Assembly: GCA_030390025.1 (NCBI GenBank)
Contig: CM059431.1
Location: 107,882,001 to 107,946,000 of the forward strand
DNA length: 64,000 bases
Direction: 5' to 3'
DNA from: Squalus acanthias
Taxonomy: Eukaryota
In this document: positions 12,338 through 24,731 of the stretch, in pieces
How positions within the stretch are numbered: position 1 is the stretch's first letter
Layout: each line of letters starts with the position of its first letter
The notes under the pieces: generated by a model
Databases searched by the model: none
The model's input: only the letters and a program-made list of their open reading frames with translations
What the model was told of the DNA's origin: nothing
Made by a program: the position numbers and the translations under genes

Positions 12338-12744
12338 AATCCTATCTTCTTGACCTAGCTTTCAGTCGCCTCTCCTCACTCTTTCAGCATAGTTCGTTGT
12401 CGGTTCCTTTATTCATTTTGTCTATTATTTCTCAAGGAATAAAAGATGCTACAGAAATGCAAGTTTTTATTGTTCAATTGTGGCTTATACCTTAAATGTT
12501 TTCTTTGGCCTTGAAGTTACACCATGGGTACGAGCATACAAATGTTTGCTACATTCATATCAAATTCCATCCGAGACTATTTGAATGGAGAGGTTAACCT
12601 GTTTATTTAAAATGGGTTAATACGTTTGCTTAAATAGTGACTGATTAAATTTCATACAAAGATATTCTTGTAATGGATTTTCTGTGGTGTTGCCCACAGT
12701 AAGTAAGATGTTACATTTTTATTGCAATGACAGGTGTCATTCTA

Positions 12745-13092
12745 CCTCTGCTGCCTCCTCCAGCCCTACAACCCTCCACGATCTCTGTGCCCTTCCAATT
12801 CTGGCCTCTTGCGCATCCCCAATTTTCATCACTCCCCCATTGGTGGCCGTGCCTTCAGCTGTCTAGGCCCCTAATCTCTGAAACTCCCTCCCTAAACCTC
12901 TCCGTCTCTCTACCTCTCTCTCCTCCTTTAAGATGCTCCTTAAAACCTACCTCTTTGACCAAGCTGTTTGTCAACTGTCCTAAATAGATCCTTATGTGAC
13001 TCGGTGTCAAATTTTGCCTGATAACGCTCCTGTGAAGCGCCTTGGGAAGTTTTACTACGTTAAAGGTGCTGTATAAATGCAAACTGTTGGTG
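12745..13092 (+). mobile_element. L2-type 3' tail fragment
   Basis: CCAGCCCTACAACCC...GGTGGCCGTGCCTTCAGC...GTGAAGCGCCTTGGG...ATAAATGCAA. Confidence 0.8.
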
Positions 13093-13861
13093 TTATACCA
13101 TGTAGTACACAATGTATTATTCTGCTGCTCAGTTAGAGCTGTGTTAAATGTGGCCTATCCATTGAAGGCAACAAATTCCAATGGCTGTACATAAGCACAC
13201 ACCTGAGGTCAATTAGAGTTGAATTACTGGTAGTGAGATCCATTAGGGAAGCAGATCCAAAATTACTTATGAAATGCTTGGCATCGAAACATCAGGTAGA
13301 AGGAAAGAATAGCAACTGCCTGACCTTCTGCATTTTATTTTGGATGTTTTTAAAATTTGGATTAAAAATGGAGGTTACAACAATGTTTACATTATAATAG
13401 CTAATATTTAATCATTGTAATAAAAAACCCTGGCAGTCTGTGTCTTCTGCATAATTTTAAAATATCCTGGGCTATGAATTGTGTTGTTTTAAGATTAAAA
13501 CAAAGGTACGTTGTCAGGGTAATTTATTTCATCTGGTAAGTGCAAGCTAAGAATACTTCATTCAACACAACAATGCTTCTCTCTCCAATATTGTCACAAC
13601 TCACATTGATCAACATGCACAGAAAGATATTATGATACTGGGTAGAAAGCAGTTTCTCATTCTTATTCTCATATTCATATATAAGATGCAAGCAGATAGC
13701 ATGATAGAGAATCATTTATGTTTGACCACCTGGGCGATCCCTTAAGGTGTCGCTTAAGATTTGTCTGCAACCAGGAGTGTGTTTGCTAATGTTTTTGCAT
13801 CTTATGTACACGAGGAGCTGGCCCATCACCGTAATACAGGATATTTACTGAAACGACGCCC

Positions 13862-14114
13862 GGCCCCGATTTTAACTCCAGGTGGATTCCCCGCTCAGGC
13901 CTGGGTTAAAATTACAGTCTGGTCTCAGTGATGTCATCGGGCCACAACATGCCTATGTAAAGAAGGACACGTGTCCTTGCTGCCTGCTCGGGAGAGCAGG
14001 TTAAAATTGTGGATGTTGCCATCATGGGCTGCTTTCGGGCAGGTAAGAGCCGGAGCGAGTTTAACTGCCCGCCCGCCAGCTTTCTGCTGAGCGAGTAGGG
14101 TTAAAATCGCCCCC
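13862..14114. mobile_element. Short MITE
   Basis: Imperfect TIR GGCCCCGATTTTAAC / GTTAAAATCGCCCCC; internal GTTAAAAT repeats. Confidence 0.55.
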
Positions 14115-14679
14115 ATATCATATGACTGACAAGTGCTAAAAACATAACACATTATTAATAATGAAAGATACCTCACAGATATCATATATCACAGTTATAA
14201 TAAAGCTAATGCCATTTATCTAGCATTTCAGCAAACCTGCTTGAGATTCAAATAACTAAATTTGTCATCTATCCACAAGACGTTTTGTTTTCAGTTATTT
14301 ACATCATTCTTTATCAATGAATTAATATATTAAAAATAATATGTTAACCTTCATACACATCACACTGTAGTCATCACACTTCATTATAGTAGCAAAACAA
14401 TCTTAAAATGCTGTGTGATTCTAGTCCGGAGTCTGAAACTGACAAGTATATTCCAATTAACAAAGGTTCTTGGGGAAACAGCAATTACACTCTGAATAAC
14501 CACAGGCTGTTTTTACTTATAGCAACTAGACTTTCTGGCCAATAGAAACACAGCTCCACCTAAACAGCAGAAAAGCCCATTGTGCAATTTATAATACACC
14601 TGTCATAAAATAGTCTGCGAGCAGCTCCAGAGAATATCAGCTAATAACAGCATCATCATCATTTCGTATCCTCTCACTC

Positions 14680-15150
14680 GTGTCAGCTGTGGCTCAGTGG
14701 GTAGCACATTTGCCTCTGAGCTCAGAAGGTTGTGGGTTCAAGTCCCACTCCAAGGACTTGAGTGCAAAAATCTAGGCTGACACTCTCAGTACAGTGCAGA
14801 GGGACTGCTGCAGTGTCGGAGATGCCGTCTTTTGGATGAGACGTTAAACCGAGGCCCTGTCCGTTCTCTCAGGTGGATGTAAAAGATCCCAGGGCACTGT
14901 TTTGAAGAAGAGTAGGGGAGTTATCCCTGGTGTCCTGGCCAATATTTATCTCTCAATCAACATCACTAAAACAGATTATCTGATCATAATCACATTGCTG
15001 TTTGTGGGACCTTGCTGTGCGCAAATTGGCAGCTGCGTTTCCCACATTACAACTGTGGCTACACTTCAAAAAGTACTTCATTGGCTGTAAAGTACTTTGC
15101 GACATCTGGTGGTCATGAAAGGCGCTATATAAATGCAAGTCTTTCTTTTT
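14680..15150 (+). mobile_element. Full-length tRNA-headed DeuSINE (SacSINE1-like)
   Basis: A box TGGCTCAGTGG, B box GGTTCAAGTCC, Deu-like core GAGGCCCTGTC...GTAAAAGATCCC...GGTGTCCTGGCCAA, tail GCGCTATATAAATGCAAG; family name from recall. Confidence 0.85.
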
Positions 15151-16059
15151 TCTTCCCTTGGAGAGCAGTGTGAAGTGGTGGAAGGATTTGCAGGCTGATT
15201 AACAGTCTAACAGGCTGCACGTGAACACTCCTTTCATGGCTGTAACCATCTTTAGACCAGCTGATAGGGTGGTTAGTTCTATATAGTGGGAGGGTTTTAT
15301 GAGCTCCCACAACCCGTACAATGAAGGGGGAACCACCCACACCCACCGGACATGAGTATCCCGCTGGATGTCAACCCAGAATTCAGAACCACAGCTCCAA
15401 CTCCAATCGCCGGGACTATCTGGAGTGGGGTTCGGACCCTGCACCTTCTGGCCCAGAGGTGGGAATGCTACCACTGCGTCAAAGGCTCACTCCTATAAAC
15501 AGTATGACAGTGCACAGTTCCTTTTCTTCACACTTCAGGTATCACACGCTTCCTCGCTAATACAGGTGTGACTGTCGGGATTTATGCCCTTTCTAATTGG
15601 ATGAAATTTGAATTTACTAACAGTATCAAATCAGAACTGTATAACAACAGCAGTGACACAAATCTCCCAGTAAAAAATAAGAACCTGAATCAAACCAATT
15701 GCACAAAATATTTTTTGCATCTTTTTTGTTCTTTTACAGGTAACATTGATTTTTCTGAACCTCCTGACAGCACACACGAACAATTCCAGTTTATAAAATA
15801 CCATGTAAAATCCTAAACTACTTTTCAAAACTATTTCCGCTCACCTATAAAATGACCCAACTTCGATCAGAGTTTTGCAGTGAGGCCTAACCTTTGTCAG
15901 GAGCCTGGGGCATAGTTTGGTTGCAAGGCCACGGTCTATGCTCTGGTGCAGATGCTTTCTGGCCTCCTTTATGAATACAATTGGGGCTGGGACTAACAGC
16001 AGGCAAAGGATGGCAATGGTAATAGTATGAACAGCCAGTCTCCCAAACACCTCTCCCAA

Positions 16060-16505
16060 TGCGCTGGAGCGCTTCAGCTATGAAGAGAGACTGGACAGGC
16101 TGGGGTTGTTTTCCTTAGAGCAGAGAAGGCTGAGGGGGACCTGATTGAGGTGTACAAAATTATGAGGGGCATAGATAGGGTAGATAGAAAGGAACTTTTC
16201 CCCTTAGTAAAGGCTCAATAACCAGGGGGCATAGTTTCAATGTAAGGGGCAGGAGGTTTACACGGGATTTGAGGAAAAACTTTTTCACCCAGAGGGTGGT
16301 TGGAATCTGGAACTCACTGCCTGAAAGGGTGGTAGAGGCAGGAACCCTCACAACATTCAAGAAGCAGTTAGATGAGCACTTGAAACGCCATAGCATACAA
16401 GGCTACGGACCAAGTGCTGGAAAATGGGATTAGAATAGATAGGGCTTGATGGCCGGCGCGGACACGATGGCCCGAAGGGCTTCTTTCTGTGCTGTATAAC
16501 TCTAT
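16060..16505 (+). mobile_element. CR1 LINE 3' fragment
   Basis: Degraded SYEERLDRLGLFSLEQRRLRG...FFTQRVVGIWNSLP; 3' hairpin and tail. Confidence 0.92.
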
Positions 16506-17394
16506 GGGGGAGAAATTCAGTATCGCCCCATTTGGGGCGCAATTGTCGGCCGGGCGCAAAGATTAGCGCCTGGTGCTAATTATCGCCACCGACTGCAAAC
16601 TTGGCTTTTATCGCCCCTGGAGGTGATTGGAGTGCTAAATCAGGCGCTTCACACCTGTCTTAAGGCGCAAAGGCCGAGGAGCGAGGCGCTACCTCAGAGC
16701 GCTGGCGAAGCTCATGTGATGTCAGTCAGCAATGGAACACACACACAATGGCATGGGCCAGTTCTTAAAGGGGATCGTTGATCTTGCTTTCCATCCACAT
16801 CCTGCTCATTGCAGCCTTGAATCTTGGCCTGGAGAGACCTGCACATCAAATCTGCTGGGAAGAACAATGGAGAGTGCCAGGGAAAGAGCTCAGAGTGCAG
16901 CCCCCACAGACTCTTCTAAATCGATACAAGGAAGGGCTAATCAAAATGAACCTGCAAAGTACTGCTCAGTACCCAAAATCCTTCACACAGCGTTGAATCT
17001 CTCCAGAAGTCTCTCTCTCTCTCTCTGACTGCGTGGTTCAAAAATGGCACCAACAATAAAAGGCAGGAAGCGGTCGCCTTTAAATAGCGCTCCCCCAGTC
17101 CCTTCATGACTGCAAAATGCTCCCTCAACCTGTCGTTGCTAGCGTCAGGCGGTAAGGCAGGGGGTGCCACTCAATATCCGCTCCGGGGCGATACCGGGGC
17201 ATTGCGCACTCGACTGACGTCACGATCTGCCTGCGCAGGAGATCGTGGCGGTAGTGTTTAGCGCCGCCGCAAAATGTCTAGTTAATTTCGCGAGCGGCGC
17301 AAACATCGCCGCGCCGGGGCGCTAGATGCTTTGCGCCCCATTAGCGCCCTCTTAAGGCACTAACGGGAGGTGCGACCAACTGAATTTTTCCCCC
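16506..17394 (+). mobile_element. Non-autonomous Harbinger derivative (889 bp)
   Basis: TIR GGGGGAGAAATTCAG / CTGAATTTTTCCCCC; TSD TAT; both arms homologous to the ends of 22243-26395. Confidence 0.93.
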
Positions 17395-17409
17395 TATGCA
17401 GATCTCTTC

Positions 17410-18180
17410 CTGTGTGTGCTGCCAGATCTTATTGCCTCAATGAAGACAAACTACAGGACCTTCTCAATGCTGCCAGACCGAAAGGCCTTTCCTCCCCAGT
17501 ACTGCCAGACTGCAGTGATCCCAGATCCCAGTGATCCTCCAGTGTTTCCCAGACCATGCCCATGCACCCCCATCCCCTCCACACCCCCACACCCTCAGAT
17601 AATGCTACAAGACCCCACATTCCTCCTTAATCCCATCACAGTGCCGCCCAATCCAGGGACTGTGCCCACGGGTGTCAAACCCCTTCCAGTGCTGTCAGAT
17701 CCCAGCCCCTCCAACCTGCAGTGCTGCCAGACCCAAGGAACTCCCCCCAGTAACTCAAACCCCACATTCTACCCTCAGTTCTGACAAACCTCACATTTTT
17801 CTTCCACCGTGCTCTGAACCACCAGGATCGTCCTCGCTGCCAGTTGTCTTGCGCTGTCACGGGGTCCTTCTCAGTGCGGCCAAAGCCCAACGTCATCACT
17901 TAGATGCCACCAAATCTCAGGTCTTCCTGTCCCCCTGCTGTAAAACTTCAGGTTCTCACGCAATGCAGCCAAACCCCTGGAGAGCTTCCTCAGTGCTACC
18001 AAATCCCTCGACCCTCCTGTGCTGTTAATTCTAGGATGTCCTCTCTGTGTGGCTAAAGCTCAGACCACCCACAGAGGAACTGACAAATTTCAAGACCCCC
18101 CATCCCAGTCGTACGAAAGCTGAGAAACACCGACCCCAACACCCAAAGCGCTGGACCTCCACAGTGCTATTAAACCTCAT
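17410..18180. repeat. Diverged C-rich tandem-like repeat (CAGTGCTGCCAGACCC motif)
   Basis: Motif recurs irregularly more than 10 times. Confidence 0.55.
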
Positions 18181-18285
18181 TATGTCCCTCAGTGCTGTAA
18201 ATCATCAGATACCTTCTGCAAACTTGCTACATCTTGCGTACATGTGTTAGGAATAAGAATTTTGTAATAAAATAGACAAAAGACT

Positions 18286-19178
18286 GCAGTCCTAGGCCCA
18301 ACCATCTTCAGCTGCTTCATCAATGACCTTCCCCCCATCATAAGGTCAGAAGTAGGAATGTTCGCATGCAGCAAGATCTGGACAACATGCAGGCTTTGGC
18401 TGATAAGTGGCAAGTAACATTCGTGCCAGACAAGTGCCAGGGAATGATTATCTCCAACAAGAGAAAGTCTAACCACCTCCCCATGACATTTAATGGCATC
18501 GTCATCGTTGAATCCCCCACCATCAATATCCTGGGGTCACCATTGACCAGAAACTTAACTGGATCAACCACGTAAATACTGAGGCTATAAGAGCAGGTCA
18601 GAGGCTGGGTGTTCTGTGGTGAGTGACTCACCTCCTGACTCCCCAAAGCCTTTCCACCATCTACAAGGCACAAGTCAGGAGTGTGATGGAATACTCTCCA
18701 CTTGCCTGGATGATTGCAGCTCCAACAACACTCAAGAATCTCGACACCATCCAGGACAAAGCAGCCCACTTGATTGGCACCCCATCCACCACGTTAAACA
18801 TTCACTCCCTCCACCACCAGCGCACCGTGTACCACCGACAAGAAATACTGCAGCAAACTCGTCAAGGCTTCTTTGACACCACCTCCCAAACCCGTGACCT
18901 CTACCAGCTAGAAGGCGCATGCGAATACCATCACCTCCAAGTTCCCCTCCAAGTCACACACCATCCTGACTTGGAAGTATATCGCTGTTCCTTCATCGTC
19001 GCTGGGTCAAAATCCTGGAACTCCCTCTCTAACAGCACTGTGGGAGTACCTTCAACACATGGACTGCAGCAGTTCAAGAAGGCGGCTCACCACCACCTTC
19101 TCAAGGGCAATAAGGGCCGGGCAATAAATGTTGGCCTTGCCAGCGACACCCACATCCCAGGAATGAATTAAAAAAAAG
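18286..19178 (+). mobile_element. Non-LTR retrotransposon (CR1/L2 group) 3' portion, degraded
   Basis: LGPTIFSCFINDL, QQDLDNMQALADKWQVTF, IYKAQVRSVMEYSPLAW, SKSWNSL; A-rich tail. Confidence 0.88.
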
Positions 19179-19759
19179 AAGATACACACATTACAGTCAG
19201 CTGAATTCAACCCTGCAGAGGGCTCACTTCTTTATCTCCCAACCTATAGCTAGGATTTTACACCATTCATGGGGGGAAATTTCAGTAGGTTAGTGCCTCC
19301 CGTTAGCACCTACAGATGGTGGTAACGGGGCGCTGATGCAGTAGCGCCGGGGCAAGGCAAATCCAGCGACATATGGCAAATCCAGTCCTCCCATTGCGCC
19401 GCCAGTATGAGGTATCGCCGGGGACTTCAACGTCAGGCAGATCATGACGTCAGTGAGTGTGCAATGCTCACTGGGCACCCGATCTGCCAAATTCATTATG
19501 GACATTTACCTTTGCGCCTGGACCAGACAGTGACAGGGAAAGAAGGCACACAGCTCCAGGGACGTTATTTAAAGGTATCCTCATTAATCACTCGCAGCTG
19601 TCAGGACAGGTTGGATCCAGTGGTTTACTTGTCAGTTTCAGCCAGTGGAGCAGTTTGTATGAGTAATTTCAGGTACTTTTTTATCAGCAGTGTTCTGGCA
19701 AGTGCAAAGTGCCTACATTTATTGTTCAAAGAGTCAAACTGCTACACTTGGCAACATTA

Positions 19760-20038
19760 ATGGGAGCTGTACTGGCATGTCACCTCGCCCTCCAGGATCT
19801 GTGATGGAGGGAGCATAGGCAGCCAGAAATACGGGAACATGTGCGCATAGAGATGAGGAGGGACATCAGGGCTCTCACCAGGAGGCCTTACCCTCCGAGG
19901 GTATTCCGACAGCACCTCTCCTACATTCAGTTAAGCAAGGAGCAGCGTATTAGACAGTTCCACATCACCAAGGTGGTGGTCACAGAAGTCTGCCACCTCC
20001 TCCAAACAGACCTCCAGCCTCACACCAGGATGACTTGA
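19760..20038 (+). pseudogene. Harbinger transposase N-terminal remnant
   Basis: RRPYPPRVFRQHLSYIQLSKEQ...VVTEVCHLLQTDLQP aligns with RRAYPPRVYREQLSYIHMSEEL...VVTEL at 25654-25780. Confidence 0.85.
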
Positions 20039-22600
20039 ACCCCAGATCCCTTTTGCTCACCACATGCCCATCATACCATCTCTGTGTCATGCCATATCAC
20101 AGCATCCTTCTGGATGCAAAGGTGAAATGAGAGCAACCACAATATATTGCAAACTCCATTAATAAATTCACAATCGTTCTAATAACTAATGACCCTTGTG
20201 CCTGCCATAGTTAAATAGCTGTCATTGTGTACAAGGCATGAGATGATAGTGTGAGTGTTGGTAGGTAGAGATTGTTGGTGTGTGAGTGCTGGGGGTGTGG
20301 TGCTTTGGGCAGTGTGTGAAGCTTGTGGTACAGATGGTGGTATGTAGCATTTGTTGAAGCATTCACTCACCCTGACCATCCGACTGAGGTGGATCTTCCA
20401 TGAGCACATAAGAACATAACATAAGAAATAGGAGCAGGAGTAGGCCAATTGGCCCCTCGAGCCTGCTCCGCCATTCAATAAGATCATGGCTGATCTGATC
20501 CTAACCGCCAATCTACTATCACAGAACCATCTCCTGAACCTAACAGAATTGGACACACAAAATAGGAGCAGGATCAGGCTACACGGCCCCTGGGCCCGCT
20601 ACGCTACCCACAGGGCCATGACCGATCCGAACCTAGACTCATGTCCAAATTCCTGCCCGCTCCCCGTAACCCTTAATTCCCTTTACTTCTAGGAAACTGT
20701 CTATTTCTGTTTTAAATTTATGTAATGATGTAGCTTCTACAGCTTTTTGGGGCAGCATATTCCATGGACCTACCACCCTCTGAGTGAAATAGTTCCTTCT
20801 CATCTCAGTTTTGAAAGAGCAGCCCCTTATTCTAAGACTATGCCCCCTAGTTCTAGTTTCACCCATCATCGGGAACATCCTCCCCGCATCCACCCGATCC
20901 AACCCCTTCACAATCTTATATGTTTCAATAAGATCGCCTCTCATTCTTCTGAACTCCATCGAGTAGAGTCCCAATCTACCCAACCTCTCCTCATATGTCC
21001 ATCCCCTCATCCCCGGGATTAACCGAGTGAACCTTCTTTGTACTGACTCGAGAGCAAGTATGTCTTTTCTTAAGTATGGACACCAAAACTGTATGCAGTA
21101 TTCCAGGTGCGGTCTCACCAATACCTTGTACAACTGAAGCAATACCTCCCTATTTTTATATTCTATCCCCTTAGCAATGAAAGCCAACATTCCATTGGCC
21201 TTCTTAATCACTTGTTGCACCTGCATACTAACCTTTTGAGTTTCGTGCACCAGGACCCCCAGATCCCTTTGTACTTCAGTACTTTCCAGTTTCTTGCCAT
21301 TTAGATAATAACTTGCTCTACTATTTTTCCTGCCAAAGTGCATAACCTCACACTTTCCAGTATTGTATTCCATCTGCCAAACCTCTGCCCACTTACTTAG
21401 CCTGTCTATGTCCCCTTGCAGATTTTTTATGTCCTCCTCACTCACTACTTTCCCTCCCATCTTAGTATCATCTGCAAACTTTGATATGTTACACTCGGTC
21501 CCCTCCTCCAAATCGTTAATATAGATTGTAAAGAGTTGGGGACCCAGCACTGACCCCTGCGGAACACCACTAGTTACTGATTGCCAGTCTGAGAATGAAC
21601 CATTTATCCCAACTCTCTGCCTTCTGTTAGATAGCCAATCCTCTATCCATGCCAGAATATTACCCCCAATCCCGTGGTTTTTTTATCTTAAGCAATAATC
21701 TTTTGTGTGGCACCTGTCAAATGCCTTTTGGAAGTCTAAATACACCACATCCACTGGTTCCCCTTTATCCACCCTGTGTGTTACTTCCTCAAAGAACTCC
21801 AGAAAATTTGTCAAACATGACTTCCCCTTCATAAAACCATGCTGACTTTGTCCTATTAAATTATGATTATCCAAATGTCCCGTTACTGTCTCCTTAATAA
21901 TGGACTCCAAAATTTTACCTACCACAGATGTTAGGCTAACCGGTCTATAGTTTCCAGCCTTCTGTCTACTGCCCTTTTTAAATAAGGGTGTTACATTAGC
22001 AGTTTTCCAGTCTGCCGGGATCTTTGCTGAGTCCAGGGAGTTTTGGAAAATTATTACCAATGCATCCACAATCCCTACCGTCACTTCCCTCAAGACCCTA
22101 GGATGTAAGCCATCAGGTCCAGGTGATTTATCCGCCTTGAGTCCCATTATTTTACCGAGTACCACTTCCTTAGTGATTTTGATCGTGTTTAGCTCCTCCC
22201 CCCCCTATAGCCCCCTGTTTGTACAGTGTTGGGATATTCTTAGGGGGAAAAATTAGGTCGCGCCCCGTTTGGGGCGCAAATATCGTCTGGACGCAAAAAT
22301 TAGCACCTGGCGCTAATTATCGCCACTGACTGGAAACTTCACTTTTACCGCCCCGGGAGGTGAGTGGAGCGCTAAATCAGGCGCTGCATACCTGTCTTAA
22401 GGCGCAAAGGCCGAGCAGTGAGGCGCTAACTCAGCGCGCGAGCGCAGCGCAGGTGCTGCCAGTTAGCGTGGGAACACAGACACACTGGCGCCGGCCAGTT
22501 CTTAAAGGGGGGGGGGCAACTTGCTCCCCAGCCACACCCTGCTCATTGCAGCCTTGAATCTCGGCCTGGAGAGACCTGTGAATCCATTTTGCAGCCAAGG

Positions 22601-24486
22601 ATGGAGAGGGTGAGAGAACGAGCTCAGCGCTTCACCGAGCGGGCCTTGGATGCTCTGGTTGGCGCGGAGGAGCGCAGAAGATCTATACTCTTCCCTGAGA
22701 GTGGCAGGAGGCCTTTGCCACGCGAGTACAGAAGAGTGTGGAGGGAGGTGGCTCAGAGCGTCTCCTCCAGGAGCATGGTGCCCAGGACCCATGTTCAATT
22801 CCGCAAAAAGTTCAACGACCTCACTCGGGTCGTCAGGGTGAGTGGCTTTTTCTCAATGCCTCTCCATCCCTCCATCTCAACCTCACTCTATGGCCAGAGG
22901 GTCTTAAAACCCCAATGCACAACACTCATCCAACACCTATGGCCCTTTCATGAAACACACACACACATTCCACACTTTGCATACAGTAAGGGCTATTCAC
23001 CTATGGGAGGCACATCAGGCAAGACCATGGCTGTATACAGTAAGGGCTATTCACCTATGGGAGGCACATCAGGCAAGACCATGGCTGTATATTTACTCAG
23101 ATGCTGTCCTTTTTCTTGCAGGCCAAGCTGGCACATAATAGGAGACAGCAGCAACGGACAGGTGGAGGGCGGCCTCAGCTGCAACCCCTCAGCGATCTTG
23201 AGGAGCGCGTCCACAGGATTGTGGCAAGCCGGGTGATCGGTCCCGTCGCCACTGGAGACGCCGACCCCGTTCTGGACAGCAATGGTAAGGTCATCACCTT
23301 TTTGTCCTCTGTCCTTCCACTTGTCCCTCACAACACCAGCCTTTGACAATTTCAATCCAACTTGCTAACTCGCTGCACTTATTCCTCCCTTACTGCCACC
23401 CTGTCCTCACGCTAAAGCCACTCTTGTACCTCCCTGCTTTCAGATGGTGATTCACCAGCTGAGGAGACGGGCCCTGAAGCTGCCAGTGGGAGTGAAGCTG
23501 CAGCCGAGGAGGAAGAGGAAGCCGGAGCATCAGTGCCACCCTCTCCTGAGGAAGCCCATGCCCACACTGGGAACACGCCTTCCCTGGAAGGGAGCAGGGG
23601 GGAAGGGTCTGATGAGGGTGAAGCTCCAGGACCCAGCGGGCTGCAGCAACACCATGGGGGTAGGGAAGAACGGGGGCCTTCTCCCCAGAGGGAGAGTATG
23701 CCAGCGACTCCTACTGCAATGGACGCAGAGGAGGAGCGGCTGATCGCAGAAATGAACACCCAGGCGGTGGGCATGCACACTGAGCTCATGGGTGCAGTGG
23801 GAAGGGTGCCCGAATGCATTGAGTCACTGGCAAGGAGTGTGGAGCACTTTGCTGTAGCATTGGTGGATGCCACACTAAAGCTTAGTGCTGCAATTCAGTC
23901 ACTGACTGCCGTGATCCCATCTCTGACTGCTCTCATGCAGACTCAGATTGAGGCCACGCGAGCACTGACTGCTGCCAACCTCGATGGTTCGTTCACATGT
24001 CCCCGGGGCTCTCACCGCGCCGCAGCAGGCCAGCAATCTGTGCTCCAGCAGATTGCTCCGGATGCTGAAGTGCTGCCCCGTGGGAGTGCCAGTGTGTCGG
24101 TCGAGCAGGGAGTTGCTGTCCTCTCTCACGATGACAGCATTCCTGCTGCCAACACTGTCACTTCTCCACTGCACTTGCCACCGCCTGTAGGACAGACTGC
24201 TGCCGCCCATGCAGAGTTGGTGCAGTCTGCAGCCGGGCCCTCCAGGCCCAGAACTGGTCGAGGCCGTCCTTCAGGGGCATCTGCAGTGTCAGGGTCTGAC
24301 AATCAGCAGCCTTCCACCAGCCTTGCTGCAGCCACTGAGGTCCCATTACGGAGAGCAGTAGGGTTAGAAGGGGGGAAGTGCGCAAGGGAAGGAGATCACC
24401 CTCGAAGGGCAAAAAGTAGCAGGTGTGACAAAATGCTGGTCATTTTTTTATTAAAGGCCGAGGTTCGTGGTCCAACTTTTGTCTAG
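22601..24486 (+). CDS. Harbinger Myb/SANT-like DNA-binding protein; exons 22601-22837, 23122-23284, 23444-24486 (480 aa spliced)
   Basis: RAQRFTERALDALV...W.EVA..V....RT..Q.RKKFNDL and RTGGG motifs; GTGAGT..TTGCAG and GTAAGG..TTTCAG introns keep the frame; AATAAA at ~24597; probable late frameshift near 24352. Confidence 0.85.
22981..23088. repeat. Perfect 54-bp tandem duplication in Myb intron 1
   Basis: ATACAGTAAGGGCTATTCACCTATGGGAGGCACATCAGGCAAGACCATGGCTGT x2. Confidence 0.95.
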
Positions 24487-24731
24487 TGTTTTGGACATTA
24501 TCTCCAGGTTGTGAGAACCAGTTATGTTAATGACTGTTTTTTTGTGTTTATTTCTATGAGTTTGTCATGAGGAAATGACACACACAGAGTTTGTAAAATA
24601 AATAAGTTTTTGTATTCAAAATATACATGTTTGGTGTTTGGAATCATTGGTGCCTTGGCCGGCTTAGGGGTTGCGTGCTGGGTTCATTGATGTTGTTAGC
24701 AATGGCAGAAGCCATTTCCACAGCAGGGGCC

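Noticed and set aside
14680..14760. tRNA gene (A and B boxes)
   Set aside because: Head of a multi-copy SINE, continuous with the Deu core and tail
15539..15816. Possible plus-strand micro-exons after polypyrimidine/AG tracts (GITRFLANT; GNIDFSEPPDSTHEQF)
   Set aside because: Acceptor-like tracts are present, but the donors are weak and the peptides unrecognised; cannot be supported without RNA data
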